Part shown: positions 57,933-64,000 of the stretch, in pieces
Layout: each line of letters begins with the position of its first letter
How positions within the stretch are numbered: position 1 is the first letter of the stretch
Assembly (NCBI GenBank): GCA_014730275.1
Contig: WJIL01000006.1
Span: 36,191-100,190 of the forward strand
Source of the DNA: Promethearchaeota archaeon
Lineage (GTDB): Archaea; Asgardarchaeota; Thorarchaeia; Thorarchaeales; Thorarchaeaceae
Direction of reading: 5' to 3'
DNA length: 64,000 nt
Position numbers and translations under genes: made by a program
The notes under the pieces: model-generated
What the model saw: the letters and a program-made list of their open reading frames with translations, nothing else
What the model was told of the DNA's origin: nothing
Database searches by the model: none

Positions 57933-59795
57933 ATGGTAGACGGCGACCAAGTTTTGATGAGCGGAAATGAAGCAATCGCCAGGGGAGCAATTGAAGCGGG
58001 TATTAGATTCTGTGCATCATATCCAGGAACACCATCAACTGAAATCACCGAGTATGTTATGAACGAAAGCGATAGAAGAGGTATTCATGCAGAATGGTCC
58101 ACAAATGAAAAGGTGGCTCTTGAAGCCAGTACTGCAGCAAGCTGGGCAGGACTACCAGCTCTTTGTCCGATGAAGTCATTGGGATTGAATGTCGCTGCTG
58201 ATTTTCTGCTGAATGTCAACTTATCAGGAACAGGAGATGGCGGGTTAGTAATCGTGGTCTGTGATGATCCTAGAGGGCACAGTTCGAGCAATGAACAGGA
58301 TTCGCGATTCTATGCAAAAGCAGCAAGCCTTCCGCTACTTGAGCCAGAATCATGTCAACAGGCAAAGGATATGATGCCCTATGCATTTGAGATTTCCAAG
58401 AAGCATGAAATCCCTGTGATACTCAGAAGCACAACCAGATTGAGCCACACTAGGGCAGTAGTGAATCTGGGAGAAATCCCGGACATCGAGGGTGCATCAG
58501 CTCATACTGTCTCTTCAAACCTCTATAATGTACCGAGACCAGACCTAAAACACAAGCAGTTGCTCGAAAAGCTTGCTGACATAAGAGAAGAGTTCGAAAA
58601 GTCGCAGTTCAATGATTTGGATAGCTCTGAAAAGAGTCTGAGGGTCCTCACATCTGGAGTAACCAACGCTTATTCAGATGAAGCGATGAGGAAATTGAAT
58701 CTGGAAGATGCCGAGATACTGTCTCTAGCAACAACATTCCCACTTCCAGAGAAGTCAGTGATGAAGGCCATAGATTCTGCCCAGGATGTACTCTTTACTG
58801 AAGAGGGCCAACCATTTATTGAAGAGAATGTTGCGATTCTATTTGCTAGGAGAAGGAACCAGAGCCCACCCACGCTTTACGGAAAGAGTAACGGGCTGAT
58901 TGAACGCTATGGTGAGTTGAATGTAGACAAAGTGGCTCGCGCACTATCCAGAATTACTGGTCGCGAATATCAACCTGTTGCCCGTAGTTTTGATGAAGAC
59001 GCTCAACAGTCTCGAGAGCTACTGCTGGACAGACCACCAACGTTTTGCCCGGGATGCGGTCATCGGATTGTGTATTGGGCAATTAGAAAAGCAAAACAAA
59101 GATTCGGTAAGCCAGTTGTGGTTACCGGCGACATAGGCTGCTATTCAATGGGAGTTTTCTATGATTCCTCACTAGATACAATGCAATCTATGGGGTCAGG
59201 CATTGGTACCGCATCTGGATTGGGGCAGCTTGAGAGATTCGGATTTGAACAAAAAGTAATTGCGGTAGCGGGAGATTCCACATTCTTCCATGCATGCTTA
59301 CCGGGCCTTGTCAATGCTAGAAACAAAAATGCAGACTTGACATTCATTATTATCGACAATAATACGACAGCCATGACTGGATTTCAACCAAGCCCCAGCT
59401 CACATACTAAGAGAGGCGAAACATTCCCCGTGGACATAGAAAGCATGGCGAGGGCTACTCTTCCGGATTACATCGATATTGGTATTGCTTCAGACATGCA
59501 AGATACAACCAATCTTATTCATGAAAGCTTGACCAGAGATGGGCTCAAAATCATAATTCTGAAGGGAGTTTGTAGACTCGCTGAAAGAGAAGAGAGCGAA
59601 ACGGAAAGGCCGCAAATCTACGTTGATGCAGATAGTTGTATTGGAGAGAACTGCAGGCTTTGTATGACTCAATTCGGTTGCTTGGCTATTGGATGGAATG
59701 AAGAGGAGAATCATGCAGAAATCCAGAACCATCTATGCGTTCGATGCGGTGACTGTATTGACGTTTGTCCTCATGATGCAATACGGAGGAAATGA
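57933..59795 (+). CDS. iorA: Indolepyruvate:ferredoxin oxidoreductase alpha subunit
   Basis: TPP/PFOR domains ('GDIGCYSMG', 'IIIDNNTTAMTGFQPSP') and C-terminal 2x[4Fe-4S] 'CIGENCRLCMTQFGC...CVRCGDCIDVCPHDAI'; 620-aa size typical of IorA. Confidence 0.85.
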   Translation: MVDGDQVLMSGNEAIARGAIEAGIRFCASYPGTPSTEITEYVMNESDRRGIHAEWSTNEKVALEASTAASWAGLPALCPMKSLGLNVAADFLLNVNLSGTGDGGLVIVVCDDPRGHSSSNEQDSRFYAKAASLPLLEPESCQQAKDMMPYAFEISKKHEIPVILRSTTRLSHTRAVVNLGEIPDIEGASAHTVSSNLYNVPRPDLKHKQLLEKLADIREEFEKSQFNDLDSSEKSLRVLTSGVTNAYSDEAMRKLNLEDAEILSLATTFPLPEKSVMKAIDSAQDVLFTEEGQPFIEENVAILFARRRNQSPPTLYGKSNGLIERYGELNVDKVARALSRITGREYQPVARSFDEDAQQSRELLLDRPPTFCPGCGHRIVYWAIRKAKQRFGKPVVVTGDIGCYSMGVFYDSSLDTMQSMGSGIGTASGLGQLERFGFEQKVIAVAGDSTFFHACLPGLVNARNKNADLTFIIIDNNTTAMTGFQPSPSSHTKRGETFPVDIESMARATLPDYIDIGIASDMQDTTNLIHESLTRDGLKIIILKGVCRLAEREESETERPQIYVDADSCIGENCRLCMTQFGCLAIGWNEEENHAEIQNHLCVRCGDCIDVCPHDAIRRK

Positions 59796-59801
59796 TCCAA
59801 G

Positions 59802-60407
59802 TTGAAATATCATCAAAACATTCTGATAGCGGGTGTAGGCGGACAAGGCAACCTTGTTTGTGGCAAAGCGCTTGCTGAAGCATCAATAAAGGATGGTTAC
59901 AGACCTGTTGTAGGTCAGATATTCGGAGCTTCAAGAAGAGGAGGGACTGTTCAGACCCATGTAAGAATAGGCAATAGCAATTTGGGTCCACTCATACCTC
60001 GTGGTGATGTAGATGTTATTCTTGGTCTTGAACCTATGGAATCCCTAAGAGCGGCAATAGAGTACGCTGGCCCCGAAACTATTGCACTTGTAAGTGAAAC
60101 TCCTGTGCAAACAGTAGATTCATTGGCAGGAAGAAAATCATACCCCGAGATTGACGAGTTGCGGGCGTCACTATCAGCACTTGCAAGAAAAGTCTATTCG
60201 GTAAATCCCAAAGAGACACTCGAGAGTCTTGGAACGTACCGTGTCCAGAATTCGTATATGTTGGGAGCGCTATGCGGTATTCAAGCTGCTATCCTCAGCG
60301 AAGAATCTATCAAGAATGGACTCCTTGCGATAGTAGGCAGAAGCCAAACCAATACAAAGGCATTCGAAGAGGGGTTGAAAGCTGGAAAACGTGCATCTGG
60401 CAAATAA
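59802..60407 (+). CDS. iorB: Indolepyruvate:ferredoxin oxidoreductase beta subunit
   Basis: 'NILIAGVGGQGNLVCGKALAEA' PFOR-gamma-like N-terminus; TTG start 6 nt after the iorA stop. Confidence 0.8.
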   Translation: MKYHQNILIAGVGGQGNLVCGKALAEASIKDGYRPVVGQIFGASRRGGTVQTHVRIGNSNLGPLIPRGDVDVILGLEPMESLRAAIEYAGPETIALVSETPVQTVDSLAGRKSYPEIDELRASLSALARKVYSVNPKETLESLGTYRVQNSYMLGALCGIQAAILSEESIKNGLLAIVGRSQTNTKAFEEGLKAGKRASGK

Positions 60408-60512
60408 ACGGCGAGATTGTCTGAAATCTCCAAAAATTGAATTTCAAAAAAAAATAGAATAAACTGTATTTTACTAATAGCCCTTAAAGCAGGATTGTGG
60501 GTGAAGCCTAAC

Positions 60513-60677
60513 TTAGTATTTCTCAATCATGGGCTTGCGTTTTTCAATCTCTTCTTGCGGCATAGGATCAAGACCATGTGCATCAGCACCATGCTTCTTG
60601 ATTTTCTCCACTACCGCATCTTTTGTTTCGCCGGTAACAGATGCATCACACATCCTGCAATCAAATCTATATGGCAT
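60513..60677 (-). CDS. Unlisted 54-aa ORF, possible small metal-binding protein (DUF1059-like?)
   Basis: Manual translation of the - strand: 'MPYRFDCRMCDASVTGETKDAVVEKIKKHGADAHGLDPMPQEEIEKRKPMIEKY'; lies in an otherwise empty convergent gap. Confidence 0.35.
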   Translation of the reverse strand: MPYRFDCRMCDASVTGETKDAVVEKIKKHGADAHGLDPMPQEEIEKRKPMIEKY

Positions 60678-60760
60678 TTTATTCACTATAGTTAATTTTG
60701 TAAAATGTCCTTAAGTAATATGGGATACCTCATCGCACTAAAGTTCGGGATAACTGGCAG

Positions 60761-63058
60761 CTAGAATTGATTGTCTTCTTTCTTCTGTTTAGCCATTTCT
60801 TGTGCATCCTCGTACATGAGATTCGCCAGAATGGTAAACATATCTGCGACTCCTTCTCCAGTCTTAGCACTGGTTTCCATGTAGAGGAATCCTTGGTCTT
60901 CAGCCCATTTCTTCGCTTCGTATGGATCGACCGCTCGATCAGGAAGATCTATCTTGTTTCCCACAACAAGAGCTGGGACTTTCCTTCCGATAGACTCGTA
61001 TGCCTCCTCCACCCAGTTTGGAAGCTCTGCGAAGGACCTTCGTCGAGTCACGTCATAAACCAGAATGACACCAGCCGCTCCACTATAGTACATCTTTCGT
61101 ACTGCTTGGAACCGGGCCTGTCCTGCTACATCCCACACTTGTAGTTTGAGACCAACTGCATGATCTTTCTCTTCGGGGTAGATATGGGTGAGTTTGACAG
61201 CGAATTGGCTACCAATCGTGGTCTTGTAATCTTTCTCGAAGCTTCCCGTTGTATACCGATTAACAAGTGCGGTCTTACCAACAGCACCGGGTCCCACAAT
61301 CATGCTCTTCATCAGATACTCATAAGCATCTTCGGATTTGCCAGGTGGAAGAGGTTTGGGTTCCCTATTTCGTATATCTGTTACTAATTCGCTCTCTACT
61401 TGCTCAGGTTCCTCAGGAGCTGGCGGTTCTTCTGGCTCAGTTACTGTCTCCGTCATTGCCTTCAAATCGTCGCCACTGGGTCCTACAGGCTCAGTCTCCC
61501 CGAAAATATCATCCAACATTTTGGAAGCTGCTTCAAGTTGCTGTTTCTCACTTTCAGTATACGCCGATTCTGTTTCAGCTTCAGGCTCCGTTGTCACACT
61601 ACCAAAACCTGTACCCTCCGACCTCACAGAAGAAGACGATTCAACAGGTGCTTCTTGAGGTTGAGAGGGGGTATCAAGGGTCACTTCAGGAGCAGATGCT
61701 GGAGAAGCCTTTGCTTCGCCTTCTTTTACTGAAATAGCTGTCTCAGGGGTCGTGACCTGTTTGACGTTTCCGGATTGATCAGTCCACATCAACACAATTG
61801 GGCGAATAACAACCGTTCCCTCTTCAAGTGGTCTTAAATGAACTTGAATGGATTTACATTCTTGGGAACCAAGATCGAAAGCCAACTCTTTGGGTTCTAC
61901 TTCCATGTTGTCTTTGGGAAACCAATAGATTTTGCCTTTGATTCCCGAGATTGATTTTTCGGTAGCATTGGTGACTGTTACTTCTCCTTTCAGCTCTTCA
62001 CCAGCAGCAGCTTCACGACTAACCTCAAAACGTGGAATTATCTCATAGAGACCTTCGAGGACCTTGAGAGGGCCGTTTGAAACTCCAACTAGGACCTCTT
62101 TGCGTTCATCTCCACCTGCGTCTCCTACACTTATGGAAAGAATCTTTCTTCCAATATCAGTCACAGCTAGCTGCTTCAATTCAGCCATGTACAGGCTATA
62201 GAAAACAATCTCTTGTGTGGCGTTGGCTACAATTATCTCGTCCATATGATCAGCATTTATCTCAGCCATCCGAATCGACAATGCGTCGACATGCTCGAGT
62301 TTGGAGAACATATCAAGCTGACTTTCTTCATTGCGATATATCCTGATAGAGCCATCATGAGTCACAACTCCGAGCTCCATCTTTCGGTCTCCAAGAATAT
62401 CACCTGCTGCTAATGAGATAACAGGGCTTGGGAGATCAAGCACCGCAATTTCATCGGCTGAATTTCCTCTAATCTTGAAAACACGCAATGTTTTGTCACG
62501 ATTACCAATGACTATCTCATCTATCTCATCGCCAATTACATCGCAGGTACCAATACAGAGAGGCATATCTTCGAGGGTGTAGCAAACGAGTTCTTCCAGG
62601 TGATTATCAGCACCCATCTTGAAAACTCTAAGAGTGGAATCACTTCCACCTGCTATGATTTCGTTCTTATCATCACCAGTAACATCAGTGACTTCCACAG
62701 TAGTTACGAAACGGCCAATAGGCTGTTCCGCGATAAGCTCAATTTGACCACTAGGAGCGTATCGATAAACTTGGAGTGTACCCGTTTCTCCGCCTGCACC
62801 ACTTACACTTCGACCAACAACGATTTCCATTTGTCCGTCATTGTTCGCATCTTCAACGCTTATTGAGAGGATGCTCCCTTGAACAGATACCTGAGCAAGG
62901 AAGTCTAGGTGATCTGTATCGGCTTTGTATAACCGGAGAATCCCGTCTCGTCCACCAGTGCAAATCTCCGGCCTCGTTGAGCCTGTCAGATCACCTGTAG
63001 CCGAGGCACTAGTGCTAGTATCGTCTTCCACTTCAAAGAGTATCTTAGGCGAATCCAA
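60761..63058 (-). CDS. Multidomain small GTPase: N-terminal FG-GAP-type beta-propeller + Ig-like domain + acidic S/T/P/E-rich linker + C-terminal Rab/Ras-like GTPase
   Basis: Six or more blades with 'D-x-(N/T/G)-G-D-x-x-x-E-(I/L)-(V/I)-x-G' FG-GAP-like motifs ('DANNDGQMEIVVG','DVTGDDKNEIIAG','DVIGDEIDEIVIG','DAGGDERKEVLVG'). GTPase G1 'GPGAVGKTALV', G2 'YKTTIG', G3 'WDVAGQARF', G4 'GNKIDL', G5 'ETSAKTG'. No C-terminal Cys for prenylation. TTG start. Confidence 0.8.
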   Translation of the reverse strand: MDSPKILFEVEDDTSTSASATGDLTGSTRPEICTGGRDGILRLYKADTDHLDFLAQVSVQGSILSISVEDANNDGQMEIVVGRSVSGAGGETGTLQVYRYAPSGQIELIAEQPIGRFVTTVEVTDVTGDDKNEIIAGGSDSTLRVFKMGADNHLEELVCYTLEDMPLCIGTCDVIGDEIDEIVIGNRDKTLRVFKIRGNSADEIAVLDLPSPVISLAAGDILGDRKMELGVVTHDGSIRIYRNEESQLDMFSKLEHVDALSIRMAEINADHMDEIIVANATQEIVFYSLYMAELKQLAVTDIGRKILSISVGDAGGDERKEVLVGVSNGPLKVLEGLYEIIPRFEVSREAAAGEELKGEVTVTNATEKSISGIKGKIYWFPKDNMEVEPKELAFDLGSQECKSIQVHLRPLEEGTVVIRPIVLMWTDQSGNVKQVTTPETAISVKEGEAKASPASAPEVTLDTPSQPQEAPVESSSSVRSEGTGFGSVTTEPEAETESAYTESEKQQLEAASKMLDDIFGETEPVGPSGDDLKAMTETVTEPEEPPAPEEPEQVESELVTDIRNREPKPLPPGKSEDAYEYLMKSMIVGPGAVGKTALVNRYTTGSFEKDYKTTIGSQFAVKLTHIYPEEKDHAVGLKLQVWDVAGQARFQAVRKMYYSGAAGVILVYDVTRRRSFAELPNWVEEAYESIGRKVPALVVGNKIDLPDRAVDPYEAKKWAEDQGFLYMETSAKTGEGVADMFTILANLMYEDAQEMAKQKKEDNQF

Positions 63059-63080
63059 GCTGTGTCATCCTCGTGTATTG

Positions 63081-63087
63081 TAAATAT
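63081..63087 (-). promoter_or_regulatory. TATA-like box (ATATTTA on - strand) ~23-26 nt upstream of the GTPase-fusion start
   Basis: Reverse complement 'gcATATTTAcaatacacgaggatgacacagcTTG'. Confidence 0.3.
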
Positions 63088-63212
63088 GCAAATGCCCGTA
63101 GTAATTCCAATGTTCGGTGCAGGGTGATATTAACAGTGCTATTCAGGTTTTTGAAGGTGAAGATACCTTTTAGACCTTTTGCGGTAATACTGTTTGAATA
63201 GAGCTGAGAAGG

Positions 63213-63225
63213 TATATTATTTAAA
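63213..63225 (+). promoter_or_regulatory. TATA-like box (tatattatttaaa) ~25 nt upstream of the ABC ATPase GTG
   Basis: AT-rich box at the expected archaeal spacing for a leaderless mRNA. Confidence 0.3.
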
Positions 63226-63245
63226 CAGCTTCGAAGGGGAGAATA

Positions 63246-64000
63246 GTGCAGGTGGCACCGGTGTCGAAACTTGCCGTTCAGAATATCAAGAAATCATATT
63301 CGAATGACGGCTTAGAAAAAACGAAGGTCCTGGATGGCATCAGCTTTGCCATGGAGGAAGGCGAGTTTACCGCCATAGTTGGTCCATCTGGTTGTGGCAA
63401 AACGACACTCCTCAAAATCATCGCTGGTTTGCTAGAATCGGACGAGGGGCAAGTCAGAATCGATGACCATTCAGTAGGTCTCGGACATAGCAGAGTAGGT
63501 TACATTTTCCAACAAGAATCTTTGTTTCCGTGGCTGAATGTGGAACAGAATATCAGATTCGGACTAGATATTATGGGGTATTCCTCTCAAGAGATTGCTA
63601 CGAGAACCGACGAAATGTTGGATCTTGTTGGGCTGGAAGGTTTAGAAAAAAACTACCCACATGAAATCTCAGGAGGTCAAGCTAGACGGGTAGAGATGGC
63701 CCGAAGCCTCATCACCAGACCAGACATTCTCGTTTCTGACGAGGCTTTTTCCAATCTGGACGCTCAAACACGTAACTATCTACAGGATGAATTCCTACGA
63801 ATCTGGGAAAACACGGGTTCAAGCATACTTTTCGTTACCCACAATGTTGATGAAGCAGTCTACACCTCTGATCGTATACTCGTGCTTAGCAATATTCCAT
63901 CCAAAATAATCGCTGAATTCGAGATAGATATTCCCAGACCGCGGGATAGAACCTCAAAGGAATGTATCGAATACCGTGCGGAGGTTCTTGAGATTCTAAA
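63246..64000 (+). CDS. ABC transporter ATP-binding protein (NitT/TauT-type), 3' truncated by window edge
   Basis: Walker A 'GPSGCGKTT', Q-loop, signature 'ISGGQARR', Walker B 'ILVSDEAFSNLD'. Confidence 0.8.
   Translation, partial: MQVAPVSKLAVQNIKKSYSNDGLEKTKVLDGISFAMEEGEFTAIVGPSGCGKTTLLKIIAGLLESDEGQVRIDDHSVGLGHSRVGYIFQQESLFPWLNVEQNIRFGLDIMGYSSQEIATRTDEMLDLVGLEGLEKNYPHEISGGQARRVEMARSLITRPDILVSDEAFSNLDAQTRNYLQDEFLRIWENTGSSILFVTHNVDEAVYTSDRILVLSNIPSKIIAEFEIDIPRPRDRTSKECIEYRAEVLEIL

Noticed and set aside
61267-61737. Several + strand ORFs (61267..61737, 61338..61658, 61400..61732) antisense to the GTPase-fusion linker
   Set aside because: They are by-products of the low-complexity acidic linker coding region, whose reverse strand has few stops. 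Their P/S/L-rich translations are not credible.
1-64000. CRISPR arrays, tRNA/rRNA genes, transposases/integrases, prophage modules
   Set aside because: No direct-repeat/spacer periodicity, no cloverleaf-compatible segments in intergenic gaps, and no DDE/tyrosine-recombinase motifs were seen on reading the window. The only DNA-level repeats are those inside the bactofilin-like gene and the 63-nt tract shared by the two phosphoesterase paralogs.

Overview
Gene-dense (~90% coding) window that looks archaeal and very likely Asgard-lineage. The lineage call rests on a 765-aa beta-propeller + Ig-like + Rab/Ras-like small GTPase fusion (60761..63058, -), a tandem roadblock/longin-like protein, TATA-like boxes ~25-30 nt upstream of several start codons, frequent GTG/TTG starts with occasional GGAGG-type SD motifs, a split methylmalonyl-CoA mutase, IorAB, and TrmB-like wHTH regulators. 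No rRNA, tRNA, CRISPR array or obvious transposase/integrase was seen. Main content from 5' to 3': amidohydrolase (5' partial), TPR mini-protein, HAD hydrolase, CoA-transferase A/B pair, tandem small glycine-rich membrane protein paralogs, GlcD/GlcF-like FAD/Fe-S oxidoreductase pair, class-III aminotransferase, MFS transporter, CPBP protease, methylmalonyl-CoA mutase large subunit + corrinoid adenosyltransferase, iron-sulfur flavoprotein. Then a cluster of roadblock-like + wH + membrane protein + a 410-aa bactofilin-like beta-helical repeat protein. Then 2-oxoacid dehydrogenase E1alpha/E1beta/E2 and a FixC/FixX-like pair. Then a large divergent carotenoid/isoprenoid cluster: CrtI and CrtB on one side; CrtD-like, LyeJ-like UbiA, CruF-like, GGPP synthase and MenA-like UbiA on the other, i.e. 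a bacterioruberin-type C50 gene triad. Then lipoate-protein ligase, two tandem secreted purple-acid-phosphatase-like paralogs sharing a 63-nt identical tract, a Hef-like SF2 helicase with degenerate ATPase motifs, a geranylgeranyl-reductase-family protein, three translationally coupled TrmB-like paralogs convergent with a DHH phosphoesterase, IorAB, the GTPase fusion, and a 3'-partial ABC ATPase. Several hairpin + T-run terminator-like elements and one unusually long (550 bp) convergent intergenic region with nested hairpins were also seen. All functional calls are from motif/domain recognition by eye; no database searches were run.
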